Below are positions 20,287 through 29,448 of a DNA stretch of 64,000 nucleotides, in pieces. Location of the stretch: positions 83,226 to 147,225 of IMG/VR virus record IMGVR_UViG_3300042402_007915, one strand, 5' to 3'. The DNA comes from a virus. Below the pieces are notes generated by a model. It had not been told where the DNA came from. It saw nothing but the letters and a program-made list of their open reading frames with translations, and did not search any database. The position numbers and the translations under genes are program-made. Position 1 is the stretch's first letter; every line of letters begins with the position of its first letter.

Positions 20287-20933
20287 TAGCCTCTTCTCTT
20301 GGGGAAGTTCGATTCCAATTGACCTGGAACATATAAATAGGCGTCACTCAGTCTATTACACATGCTATGGCGGTAAAGCAGGGCTCGCCTAATGGTGATA
20401 GAAACAGGATCTGGTAGGTGCACCTTCTGCTCGCCATGATAAACCAAATTGTCAACAGTAACTGTTGTCTTCTCGATCCGATATCCGGGACAAGTAGTCT
20501 TAGCAACAAGACTCAACACCAAATTACCAGCAGAGCTGTATTGGTCTTCTAGGTCAATCTCGATACTTTTGAAATCTCTAGAAAGCTCTTTGAAAGGAAG
20601 AAAGTCGCAGGCTTGACTTACCATGACTTTAAGATCTTTTTGACAGAATTTATCGACTAGATGAGCAGACATATAGAAAGAATCTTTGGCATCCGAGTGA
20701 CCTCTGTAAACGAAAGAACCCAATTCCTTTTCCTCAGCTTCAGAGACTGGAAGCAGATTTGGGTATCGAGATTCAATAAGGCTCTTCAATTCTTGGAGGA
20801 ATTCTTTCTCACGACTCATCTCCAGGATGAAAAGCCTGTAATCAGAAATGCGTTTTGAACTACCTAAATCCCTAGACAGAAACAAACTCATATCAAGGTT
20901 AAGGGCGCAAAGGCCTCTACTCGAAACACCCAT
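20286..20933 (-). CDS. Hypothetical protein, second paralogue family
   Basis: MGVSS...TVDNLVYH...YVPGQL. Confidence 0.65.
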   Translation of the reverse strand: MGVSSRGLCALNLDMSLFLSRDLGSSKRISDYRLFILEMSREKEFLQELKSLIESRYPNLLPVSEAEEKELGSFVYRGHSDAKDSFYMSAHLVDKFCQKDLKVMVSQACDFLPFKELSRDFKSIEIDLEDQYSSAGNLVLSLVAKTTCPGYRIEKTTVTVDNLVYHGEQKVHLPDPVSITIRRALLYRHSMCNRLSDAYLYVPGQLESNFPKRRG

Positions 20934-20938
20934 GTAAG

Positions 20939-21466
20939 TCAGAACCTTCCATGCATCATATCGACGCTGTTAGCACGAGAAAGAGTGGGAGCGTCTTGTA
21001 CACGGTACATCCAATATGTGAACTTAAGTGTGGCTTGGTACCTAGTTCTAACGGCATCTTCTGCCGAGTATACAATTCCGTCAATTGTCTTCTTGGGGCG
21101 AGAAGAGTGTTCGATTTCTGTATCCAAGTAGCCTTGAAGGAAGTAAGAAAACTGGTTTGGAGGGCATAGTGTAATAGAAAAATCCCTAACCATGTCGTTA
21201 TGTTTTAGTACAAATATAAATCTTTTTTCATCGCTAGAAAGAGCTTCAGAGCTTAAGCTACTAGGCGAATCTATTTGCCAAGTTTTATTTGGCAAAGAGA
21301 TTGTTCTGTTCGTAAAGAGAGGGAAGGCTCCCTTTTCTGTTCTTTCCTTAACTTCCGTAATAAGGTCTGCGTTGAATTGCTCAAGGTTATATTTTTCAGG
21401 ATCAAATAGAAGTGGAGTTGGTGCTCTAAAGACTTCTGGGTTTAAGGTTACGCTAAGGACGCCCAT
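20939..21466 (-). CDS. Hypothetical protein, second paralogue family
   Basis: MGVLS...TIDGIVYS...MHGRF. Confidence 0.65.
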   Translation of the reverse strand: MGVLSVTLNPEVFRAPTPLLFDPEKYNLEQFNADLITEVKERTEKGAFPLFTNRTISLPNKTWQIDSPSSLSSEALSSDEKRFIFVLKHNDMVRDFSITLCPPNQFSYFLQGYLDTEIEHSSRPKKTIDGIVYSAEDAVRTRYQATLKFTYWMYRVQDAPTLSRANSVDMMHGRF

Positions 21467-21476
21467 TCTTTACTGC

Positions 21477-22328
21477 CTAAAAGATGTATCGTATTGTCTT
21501 CGGGTCGAAGAACTCTGAATAGACTTTGGTGAAGTCAGCAATGTACTGACGCTTCAAAGACCACTTATACCTGATGTTGTCTGGGGCGTACTCCGAATCC
21601 TTTTCCTCCTGGATGTCTGGTTTCCACAGCAAAGCACGAACGTCTTCAGAGTTCCGTTCGTGTTGGTGTTTGTTGTGCGTGAGGAAGATACATTCACATT
21701 GGGTTTTGATTCCGGCCACAGAGACTTGCCTGAACAAGTCTCTGTAGTGGTCAAGCCAGCCTGGTTCAACAATGATCGGGCTGTAGTTAATGTGGACTTC
21801 CATGTGTTGGCTTAAGGGAAGGATAGTCTGAATACGTTTGGCAATAGGGTCTGTGCCTAGCTCCAGTACGTCAGAATAGGCCTGAGGCATTAGGCTTACC
21901 CTGAGTCGATGCCTTTCTGGGGCGAGCTCATAAGCTTCAGGATTGAACCTGGAGGGATACTTAGTAGCGAAGGTGCTCTTGAGGTCTGCACTGGCATTGA
22001 AGAACTGAAATACTGGACGCCAATCATACAACCGAGACATGAGAGGAACGTCCGTACTGCAGCCAATATCAATAGTGTAATACTTTGGATCTACTTGATT
22101 AGGTATCTTGGCTAGAGGCTGTGTATCGCGCCACCTCTTTATGCTCTCAAGGATCTGTTCTACATTCTCATTGAAATAAACCTTATCAAAGTTATACCGA
22201 CCAACATAGCAATAAGACCGCATGCAGCCGCCAAGACACCCATAAATGAAGTTGGGTGAGATGGCGTCTGAGCTGCGGCCGTTATCCCTAGTAGTTAGAG
22301 TCTTTGTCTTTTGATGGATTAATTTCAT
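21477..22328 (-). CDS. Spore photoproduct lyase-like radical SAM protein
   Basis: R.NGRSSD.ISPNF..GC...C....CYV; YTIDIGCSTD; FATKY; RLRVSLMPQ; VHINYSPII. Confidence 0.8.
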   Translation of the reverse strand: MKLIHQKTKTLTTRDNGRSSDAISPNFIYGCLGGCMRSYCYVGRYNFDKVYFNENVEQILESIKRWRDTQPLAKIPNQVDPKYYTIDIGCSTDVPLMSRLYDWRPVFQFFNASADLKSTFATKYPSRFNPEAYELAPERHRLRVSLMPQAYSDVLELGTDPIAKRIQTILPLSQHMEVHINYSPIIVEPGWLDHYRDLFRQVSVAGIKTQCECIFLTHNKHQHERNSEDVRALLWKPDIQEEKDSEYAPDNIRYKWSLKRQYIADFTKVYSEFFDPKTIRYIF

Positions 22329-22644
22329 AAGAATGCATCTTCACCCTAACGTTAAGAATTGCATTGACAGCCAAGAAAGCAGCAAGCAGAAAGTACAACA
22401 AGAAAGTCCAGAGATTCAAAGCAAAAACACTAAGTGCGAAAATAGCAACTGCTTGAATCGGTCCCAAGATCAAGAAGAGCATGAAGAGCAAACTACCTTC
22501 GTAGTGCAATTTCATATTTTCAGCCCTATCGCTATAAGAGTACAGAAGGAATCCTAATCCAAAATGGATGTTTAGAATAAGGTTGGAGATCGTATTGAAG
22601 ACTCTGCTGACTTTCGTAAGTAGGTTGAAGTGCTCAGTTTTCAA
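22288..22644 (-). CDS. Membrane protein (3 TM)
   Basis: Hydrophobic stretches; coupled ORF. Confidence 0.55.
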   Translation of the reverse strand: MKTEHFNLLTKVSRVFNTISNLILNIHFGLGFLLYSYSDRAENMKLHYEGSLLFMLFLILGPIQAVAIFALSVFALNLWTFLLYFLLAAFLAVNAILNVRVKMHSYEINPSKDKDSNY

Positions 22645-22894
22645 AGTTGTTTAGCTCCTCCTGTAGTGGCATTGGGAACACGCGGTAATACAAAGAACGA
22701 GCCAAGACGTAAGGCACCCAGATCGGAGAGGCGAGGATAATCAGGAACCAGAACAGAACGATCGAGAAAGGATTCTCGTCTCGCTTGGCAGACTCAACAA
22801 GCCAACTCCAAAAGGAGAGGCACCCCCCAAGGAGGACGGACACGAACTTCTTCTGCACGAAAGAACTCCTATGGTTTGTTTGGAGACCAGACAT
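22634..22894 (-). CDS. Small membrane protein
   Basis: Two hydrophobic segments. Confidence 0.5.
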   Translation of the reverse strand: MSGLQTNHRSSFVQKKFVSVLLGGCLSFWSWLVESAKRDENPFSIVLFWFLIILASPIWVPYVLARSLYYRVFPMPLQEELNNFEN

Positions 22895-23351
22895 TCAGAG
22901 TCAGAGGCGACTCTAGTCTAGCCAAAGTTGAAAACCGAAGAATCTTCCCAGGAATAAGAGAACCATGAGAAGCTTGACTGATGAAATTAGTACTAAATTC
23001 TTCTCGGCAATAAATCTCTGCCGGTGTGATGCCGTCGACAAAGTCTCTGTGAATCAAAACCTTACGAGAATCACAAGTATAACTTTGTGCTACAGACCAG
23101 TAAGCAATAGGCTTGTCGTAAAAAACAAGTGAAGTATCGTGATAACCTGCACCATTAGTCGGATAGTAATTCTCTTCGGAAACAAGAAATAGACATGAAC
23201 TTTGGGGTCCAGAACATCCAGAATATAAAGGCGGAACAGCGTTCGAAGAAAGGTGCTTCTCAATCCGCTCTGTAACTTCTTGCAGAGCTTCCTCTTGGTG
23301 TTCCTGGAGGAAGAGAAGATCACGGAAACCCCACCTAGGATGGGGTTCCAT
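22869..23351 (-). CDS. Hypothetical protein, possibly second paralogue family (start uncertain)
   Basis: C-terminal LIPGKIL; the frame is open upstream to about 23417. Confidence 0.5.
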   Translation of the reverse strand: MEPHPRWGFRDLLFLQEHQEEALQEVTERIEKHLSSNAVPPLYSGCSGPQSSCLFLVSEENYYPTNGAGYHDTSLVFYDKPIAYWSVAQSYTCDSRKVLIHRDFVDGITPAEIYCREEFSTNFISQASHGSLIPGKILRFSTLARLESPLTLNVWSPNKP

Positions 23352-23413
23352 TAAGTTACAAGGGAAGATAAAATGGAGCCTTCTATAAGTTGTCTTAACT
23401 CCGAGATCCAGGC

Positions 23414-24121
23414 TCAGGGGAGTGTCTGCGAATTACAAATTAAATGAATAGTATTTTTTGAATCAGGTTCCACTTCACAGAAACAAGAATCTAGTCTTAC
23501 ATATCCTTTTACATATGCGACCGTTGAGGGGGAATAAAATACCTTACCATTGAGTGTTATTGTCTCTTGCTCCCCCCTCGCTCGCAAGGTAGCGGGGCAG
23601 ATAGCAGTAAAATAGATTGAGTGATTCTTGACGTTACATACGAGATGAATTGGATCTTCAATCTTTTCAACCCACGCTTCCGGACGCGAAACATACCAAT
23701 AATTATGCTCAGTGCCGTATCCTGGATAACCCGCAAACCCATACCACTTTGAAATACCAAGCTTTGATAAATCAGCTACAGAGTTTCTGCACTCATAAAC
23801 TGAATTGGAGCTACTTACAACGGTAGGGGTTACCGTTCTTGCAAGTAAGTCGAAAAGAGTACTATGTGCGCTTGAAGCATTATCATTTATCTTTGCTCTG
23901 CAAACCTCCAAGAGAGATTCAAGAAGCTTTGACTGCGCGTCCTTGCGGACACTAAGGTAGGTTTTTGAATCCCTAATCAAATCTGGAGAAAGAATCCTTG
24001 GCACATTAACCTTAAAAGTAACCTGAGATTGATTGGCGAGTTCCTGCTTTGTCCTTGGAAAATCAAAGCAAGAAAGCAAAGAGGCACCAATAGGGGTCCT
24101 TTCCATGACTGGCTCCTTCAA
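23414..24121 (-). CDS. Hypothetical protein, second paralogue family
   Basis: AICPATL...ETITLNGKVFYS motif shared with the 20286 and 20939 ORFs. Confidence 0.6.
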   Translation of the reverse strand: MKEPVMERTPIGASLLSCFDFPRTKQELANQSQVTFKVNVPRILSPDLIRDSKTYLSVRKDAQSKLLESLLEVCRAKINDNASSAHSTLFDLLARTVTPTVVSSSNSVYECRNSVADLSKLGISKWYGFAGYPGYGTEHNYWYVSRPEAWVEKIEDPIHLVCNVKNHSIYFTAICPATLRARGEQETITLNGKVFYSPSTVAYVKGYVRLDSCFCEVEPDSKNTIHLICNSQTLP

Positions 24122-24393
24122 GCGCTAATTTCAATCGATGCGATACAATCAGTGATAGAAATAAAAAACCCAAACCAAGTCAAGCAGAAGACCTCTTGAG
24201 GTCCTCTGGAGAAATTTGGAATGGGTGATAGTGGGTATGTGGGAAGCTCCCAGCCCCAGCCTAGAGAGTAAAGGGTACTTTCGTACTTAGCCGTAACGCG
24301 AACAGCAAATAGTAGCCGCGCTGCTTTTTGGTAGAACGCTCCTACTCGTAAATCCTTGAAGTATGGAACCTTAACGGTCTTACCCCAGAACAT
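24118..24393 (-). CDS. Hypothetical protein
   Basis: Coupled ORF in the - strand operon. Confidence 0.5.
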   Translation of the reverse strand: MFWGKTVKVPYFKDLRVGAFYQKAARLLFAVRVTAKYESTLYSLGWGWELPTYPLSPIPNFSRGPQEVFCLTWFGFFISITDCIASIEISA

Positions 24394-24396
24394 TGG

Positions 24397-24735
24397 CTAC
24401 CACCAATAGTCGAGACTGATTCGACCGTCTGAAATGGCATTGGCCTTAAAGATCTCATCAAGAATCTCTGGTAGCCATCGTTCGAAGAACGTAGCGTTGT
24501 CAGCTAAAGGTCTCTCTGCGAGAGAGGCAACTTCTACGGAAACAATTTGTCCGTTAGCAGTATCTTCAAAATAGTCCTCTCTCCACCTTAGGACCTCAGT
24601 CTCTGGGGGGCGGCTTGAGACGACTTTGTTCTTCTCAAGAAACTGCCTATAACACTCAACTAATTTCTTCTCGAACTCCCAAATATCGTAAATAGTTTTA
24701 GGAGTCATCTTAAGGGCTTGGGGGTTTACTACCAT
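24397..24735 (-). CDS. Hypothetical protein, tandem paralogue of 24729..25064
   Basis: LKMTP...NG...FE..L..I...I.KAN...W. Confidence 0.7.
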   Translation of the reverse strand: MVVNPQALKMTPKTIYDIWEFEKKLVECYRQFLEKNKVVSSRPPETEVLRWREDYFEDTANGQIVSVEVASLAERPLADNATFFERWLPEILDEIFKANAISDGRISLDYWW

Positions 24736-25064
24736 GAGATCTGTACCTCGATGAACTTCGTTTTCAAATCATTTGCTTGGATAATCCTTTCCAAGAGAAT
24801 ACCAAGAGAAGATTCAAAATGATTTCGACGTTTCTTCTCAAACGGAAGATAGTCGTCAAAATTCTTTGGGTTAAAACGCTGTAAAGCACCGTTCCCGACT
24901 TCTGCAAAAGCGTAATCAAGCCAAGCATGAACTCGTTCAATAGCTGCATCGTTATACTGTCGGCCTTCTTCAGCACAAAGATCTTTATAAGCTACAAGCA
25001 AGACCTTAGAGAAGTCGCGGTAATCAAAATAAATACCAGGTGTCATTCGAAGTTGTTCAAACAT
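24729..25064 (-). CDS. Hypothetical protein, tandem paralogue of 24397..24735
   Basis: LRMTP...NG...FE..L...L..I.QAN...W. Confidence 0.7.
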   Translation of the reverse strand: MFEQLRMTPGIYFDYRDFSKVLLVAYKDLCAEEGRQYNDAAIERVHAWLDYAFAEVGNGALQRFNPKNFDDYLPFEKKRRNHFESSLGILLERIIQANDLKTKFIEVQISW

Positions 25065-25354
25065 TACTTGTGCTTAGTATTTTGGCGAGCTTGCTCCAGG
25101 GCCATCTGTGCTGTCAGTTGAGCTGAAAACCAGTTAGCGATGAAGGTAGCTTTTTCGACCATGTACATACTCTGAGGTACTTCAAGCTTTGGATCCATGG
25201 CCCTAATAGCTTCAATGCAACTATCCAAGAGAGAAAGCACTTGGTTGAGATGAGCAATAATGAGTGGGAATTCTGTATAGATCAAAGAATTAACGTCTGC
25301 CCAAGTGGTAGAACCCTCGGCGACCTCTTTTTGTACGTCTTGCTTAGTACTCAA
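25064..25354 (-). CDS. Hypothetical protein
   Basis: Coupled ORF. Confidence 0.55.
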   Translation of the reverse strand: MSTKQDVQKEVAEGSTTWADVNSLIYTEFPLIIAHLNQVLSLLDSCIEAIRAMDPKLEVPQSMYMVEKATFIANWFSAQLTAQMALEQARQNTKHK

Positions 25355-25680
25355 AACATGTCCCTAATACTCAGCTCTGCTTGCAGTACGAACCTTGAAG
25401 CTTCAGCAGTTATGACGTCACTATCTTCCCAATCCTCAAGGTCTGCAGGGACATAAGCAATGAGTTCGTAATCTGTACCTTCATTCTCATAGCCGACAAT
25501 TCGGACTCTACCCAGAGTAGGAATCTCAACGATCTGTCCAGCGATGCAATAGCGCCGCAGCTTCTCATACTTAAGCCTTTCTGCCTCAAGGCCCTTTTTG
25601 AATCCAACCCTATAGCCCCCGTAGCCGGCCGCCAAGCAACCAGCTACGAGGACAAGGGATACCACTAAGGCAGTAATCAA
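25351..25680 (-). CDS. Membrane-anchored hypothetical protein
   Basis: N-terminal TM helix followed by GFKKG. Confidence 0.6.
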   Translation of the reverse strand: MITALVVSLVLVAGCLAAGYGGYRVGFKKGLEAERLKYEKLRRYCIAGQIVEIPTLGRVRIVGYENEGTDYELIAYVPADLEDWEDSDVITAEASRFVLQAELSIRDMF

Positions 25681-26360
25681 CGACGGCTTCCAGAGCGGTA
25701 ACCGCTAGAACGAGAGCCGGAAGAACGAGAAGAGCCACTAGAGCGGTATCCGCTTGAACGAGAAGAGCTTGAAGGCGTAGTCGCACGAGGAGGAGGGCTA
25801 CGATTGGTAGAAGGAGTTGAATAGTAGTTGTTTGAAGGAGCGCGCCGAACAGGCTTGGAGTTCCAAGAGGTGTTGGACTTGCCGCTAGTATAATCACGAT
25901 GAACGGTATAGTCAGGAGAAGAGCGATAAGAGTGGTAGGAGGTATGGGAAGTGTGTCCAGCGGACATCACGGCCTGGTAAAGAAGAAGGTCACCAAGATC
26001 AATACCGCCGGTTTGAGCGCTTACCATAGTGCTACCACCAAGGTGCTGAGTGCTGGGAGCGAGGACCGAGTGGGCTCCACAGCCTTGCGTCCTGCAAAGA
26101 AGCTCACCGATTAGAATCTCTTCACCCTTCTTCTGGCCGTAAGAGCAAAGCTGCTCTGAGCTTCGGTCGTAGTAAGGAACGCAATACGGACCTGTATAGC
26201 TTGGAGTTTTGACTCCTTCAACAATAGTGGGCGGGAACATCTTGTCAAGGTAAGTAGTGGCAAGAACGTTTGCCTGCGGAGTAGTGAGAGTTGGTTGTGA
26301 CTCAGCGCAACTCATAAGAGCTGCAAGGAGAAAAAGGAGGTAGAACTTGACTTGCGACAC
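25677..26360 (-). CDS. Putative lipoprotein with Ser/Arg-rich disordered tail
   Basis: GTG start at 26360; signal KFYLLFLLAALMS-C; tail SSRSSGYRSSGSSRSSGSRSSGYRSGSRR. Confidence 0.65.
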   Translation of the reverse strand: MSQVKFYLLFLLAALMSCAESQPTLTTPQANVLATTYLDKMFPPTIVEGVKTPSYTGPYCVPYYDRSSEQLCSYGQKKGEEILIGELLCRTQGCGAHSVLAPSTQHLGGSTMVSAQTGGIDLGDLLLYQAVMSAGHTSHTSYHSYRSSPDYTVHRDYTSGKSNTSWNSKPVRRAPSNNYYSTPSTNRSPPPRATTPSSSSRSSGYRSSGSSRSSGSRSSGYRSGSRR

Positions 26361-26391
26361 AGAGACTCCAAGTGAGAAAGAATACTGTTTC

Positions 26392-27015
26392 TTAGGTACG
26401 CTGAAGGACGTACTGATAGTTCTCGTGAGGATGATTGACGATTGATACTTTGGCTTTGGTTGGCTCCTGAATAATCGGGACGCCGTAAAGACCAAGCTTA
26501 TTCCAGAAAGGAGTCCAATAGCGTCGACTTGCAGGAAGGATTCCTACCTTTCGTTGACCGTTATAGAAATCAATTTCGCTAGTTACCCAGCCAGAGTTGA
26601 TATAAAGGAGAACGATTGCTCTCCTTAAAAACTCGCTTGGAGATCTTGAAACTCGCTCTGAATTTCCAGCAGGACATTCACGTCCATTCCAGGCGCCGAA
26701 TCCTTCAACTAAAGTTTTCAGCACCATATCTTCGTTTGGATCGTATTCATGATAAGTGATTAAGGGATCAATCAACTCATTCTTGATAGACGGAAGTACG
26801 TGGTAACCTAAATACCCCTGCGTACAACGAGCAAAGAAGCTCTCCAGGTTCGCAGTGTAATTCACGCCTAACGACCTGCGCCAACGCAAAAGAAACTTCT
26901 CAATAGTTTCGTCTTGAAATTCCTGGAAAGTTTGGCCGGAAAATGCCAAGGTCTTTGGGGAACCAGTTCCCCACGCCGTGCTCATCGGAAGAGTAAAGTT
27001 TAAGTTCAGGTTCAT
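26392..27015 (-). CDS. Hypothetical protein with a KLNLE-SSxW-like N-terminus
   Basis: ATG at 27015 with GGAGGG SD; MNLNLNFTLPMSTAW. Confidence 0.6.
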   Translation of the reverse strand: MNLNLNFTLPMSTAWGTGSPKTLAFSGQTFQEFQDETIEKFLLRWRRSLGVNYTANLESFFARCTQGYLGYHVLPSIKNELIDPLITYHEYDPNEDMVLKTLVEGFGAWNGRECPAGNSERVSRSPSEFLRRAIVLLYINSGWVTSEIDFYNGQRKVGILPASRRYWTPFWNKLGLYGVPIIQEPTKAKVSIVNHPHENYQYVLQRT

Positions 27016-27033
27016 TGTCCCTCCATCAAAAGA

Positions 27034-27063
27034 ACAGGGGAGAGGGTTACCCCTCTCCCCTGT
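27034..27063 (-). terminator. Intrinsic terminator
   Basis: 13-bp perfect stem ACAGGGGAGAGGG/CCCTCTCCCCTGT followed by TCTTTT on the - strand. Confidence 0.8.
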
Positions 27064-27081
27064 CATGATCCAACTTTTAGA

Positions 27082-27603
27082 TCAGGTCCTAGTTCCATAC
27101 TGCCCGTAAGCAGCAGGGTCTGGCGTAATCGTATAAGATGGTTCCCAGTTCTCCGACGTGTCATCGAAAGACTTAGTCGTATCTACATACGCATACACTC
27201 CAGTCACATCTGCATGCAAGGCTACCGAGTTTGGGTTCTTGGTTAGAGCCTTAGTCAGCAGCGAAGCCAAATACATCTTACGGTCTGGATGTACATCCCA
27301 AGCAGGTGCTCCACTTGGATGACGTTCAAACCTCTCGACCTGAATACGCTGGTACTTGGAGAGATCAACCTCACGAGTAAAGGAGAACCTAAACTCAGTA
27401 AAGCGAGGAAGCTTCCTAGTATAGACGTAGAAGACCTCGGTAAGACGATCGACAGTATCTACAGTCTTCCTGAACGTAGCACCTCCTGGTATAAGATACC
27501 TGATGGGCCTAAAGTTCTGGGGATTAGTAGCCTTGACAATCGCTTCCTGATCCGTTGCCCTGCGGCTGGCCAGAACCTCAGCTTTTGTTTTCTCAATAGA
27601 CAT
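27082..27603 (-). CDS. Hypothetical protein
   Basis: GGAGG SD; followed by the terminator. Confidence 0.6.
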   Translation of the reverse strand: MSIEKTKAEVLASRRATDQEAIVKATNPQNFRPIRYLIPGGATFRKTVDTVDRLTEVFYVYTRKLPRFTEFRFSFTREVDLSKYQRIQVERFERHPSGAPAWDVHPDRKMYLASLLTKALTKNPNSVALHADVTGVYAYVDTTKSFDDTSENWEPSYTITPDPAAYGQYGTRT

Positions 27604-27670
27604 GAACAATCTCCTCCGGGAAGCGACCAGCGCTTGCCTGTTTTGCAGTGTAGAACAAGATGACTTATTT

Positions 27671-28306
27671 TCAAAGCCCCTTGAGACGTTCTCTCAATCT
27701 TCTTAAATAGAGCCTTTTCTTCCTCCCGGCATCTACTGGGTAGGTGTGAAGTAGCTCTGCTAATTCTGTTTCTGACATTTCAGAAGAATAGATGTCCTCC
27801 CAGTATCCGATTGGAAACATGGTCGGCTCAATTGGAAGAGTTACTTCTTCTTCCGTATTATTTTGCGTGTACTTTCTAGGGTGTACACGTTGTTTTCGTA
27901 GTAGGTCCTTGAGAGACAAAATAAAAAGCCTGGAAAGAAGGAAGGCGACTTTATGCGGCCTTATCTTTTTCCAGAATACAAGTTGGGACCGAAAGAGTTC
28001 GGCCAATATCACACAAAGCTCCTGGTATAAATCAGAACCAGGAAGACTACTTAAGGAACGCAAGCGGCGCAAGCCGTCAGGAAAGCTCCGGAAATAAGAC
28101 AGGAGCAAGCAGATGTACGGGTCTTCTCCAGAAAAGGACTTGATGCGCGAAACCCAACCCTGCAAAAACCCCTCACAAATATGAAACAATACTGACAGGT
28201 TATGGGACTTGTCCCGAGAGGCGGCAACCCACTCTTCCCGCAAGAGGCTATGCACCTCTACGGGAAGAAGGGAGCCAACAGTCTTGTGCAGCCGCAAGAC
28301 TCTCAT
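27671..28306 (-). CDS. Putative sigma-70/ECF-like RNA polymerase sigma factor (divergent)
   Basis: DLYQE (region 2.2-like), LKDLLRK, and a C-terminal SETELAELL...LRRLRERL (region 4-like HTH). Confidence 0.45.
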   Translation of the reverse strand: MRVLRLHKTVGSLLPVEVHSLLREEWVAASRDKSHNLSVLFHICEGFLQGWVSRIKSFSGEDPYICLLLSYFRSFPDGLRRLRSLSSLPGSDLYQELCVILAELFRSQLVFWKKIRPHKVAFLLSRLFILSLKDLLRKQRVHPRKYTQNNTEEEVTLPIEPTMFPIGYWEDIYSSEMSETELAELLHTYPVDAGRKKRLYLRRLRERLKGL

Positions 28307-28308
28307 GA

Positions 28309-28689
28309 CTAATCTTTGTAGTTTAAGGCGGCCCAGTCTTCAAGCGTCATCTTTTGGGCAAGCTTAAGCCAATCCTTTAGTCTCATGGTCACAAGCACAT
28401 CGTCTCGATCATCCTGCGTTACGACAACAGGGATACGGTTCTCCTTAGAGGCCTTGATATCTTCGTGTGCTTGGAATAAAGCCCCCTTGATATTGGTTCG
28501 CTTTCCCTTCTTGCATTCTATGTGTAAGCGAGGGATGTCGGGAGAGACAACATCCGAAGTTTCAGCACCACCTGATCTAGTCTGGTGTAGTCCTCTTCGG
28601 AACTGAACCCCAAGTGCTTCAGATAGAATGATAGCAATAGCACGCTCAAAGTTATGACCTTTGCGTCGAACACCTGCGCCTCCTGGCAT
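28309..28689 (-). CDS. Holliday junction resolvase (Hjc-like PD-(D/E)xK)
   Basis: RRKGHNFER...SDV...HIECKK...QA...PVVV. Confidence 0.8.
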   Translation of the reverse strand: MPGGAGVRRKGHNFERAIAIILSEALGVQFRRGLHQTRSGGAETSDVVSPDIPRLHIECKKGKRTNIKGALFQAHEDIKASKENRIPVVVTQDDRDDVLVTMRLKDWLKLAQKMTLEDWAALNYKD

Positions 28690-28698
28690 ATCTTCCTC

Positions 28699-29448
28699 TC
28701 AGTCCTTAAGGATTTCGGGTTTGCATTCCGTGAGAGCCGCAATAACCAAGTCTTCAATCTTGGCAAAATTCTTCTTAGGGGCGGGCTCAATAATCTCGTC
28801 AATGAGGCCAAACTTAAGTGCCTCCTTGGTTGTCATGGAGAAGTCAATGTTGTTCTCGAAATACTTCTTGAACTTCTTCTTTGACATCCCAGAGCGTTGA
28901 ATAACAAGCTTCTTCAACCGCTTGGCAGTAAGCTGATACTGCCTGTAGTTAGTAGCTGCCTGGATCGGGTTGACTGTCATATTCATTGAAATGGCCTCAT
29001 GCCAGAACAGTCTTGTGTTTGGGTATGCAAGACGGCAGTTGCCAGCCTGGAGGATAAGGAAGCCCGCAGATGCACAGTCGCCCATTGCAATAGTTACAAT
29101 CGGGCAAGGAGAAGATACTAGCGTGTCGTAAATAGCAAAGAATGCAGTTACGTCTCCGCCTCCCGAATTGACATAAACGTAGATCGGAAGAGTATCACTG
29201 TCCTGCTGTAGAGACCAAATCTGGGTACAAATAGCTGCGGCCAGTTGCTCGTTGAACTCTCCAGTAATCAGAACAGATCGACTTTCTCTTCCAAGGCCGA
29301 CTACTGAGTTCGGCGTCCAATCCTCAGGGGCCGAAATACCTGTGATCATACCAGACTCGCTACCCTCTAGAAGCTCGGTATCTGAACCCTCATCATTTTC
29401 CGGGTCACAATCCATATTGACTTTCGTCAGAGGCCTAAAAGTTGTCAT
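28699..29448 (-). CDS. clpP: ClpP-family serine protease
   Basis: YVNSGGGDV, CASAG (Ser), FWHE (His), IDFSMTTKEALKFGLIDEI (Asp). Confidence 0.9.
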   Translation of the reverse strand: MTTFRPLTKVNMDCDPENDEGSDTELLEGSESGMITGISAPEDWTPNSVVGLGRESRSVLITGEFNEQLAAAICTQIWSLQQDSDTLPIYVYVNSGGGDVTAFFAIYDTLVSSPCPIVTIAMGDCASAGFLILQAGNCRLAYPNTRLFWHEAISMNMTVNPIQAATNYRQYQLTAKRLKKLVIQRSGMSKKKFKKYFENNIDFSMTTKEALKFGLIDEIIEPAPKKNFAKIEDLVIAALTECKPEILKD

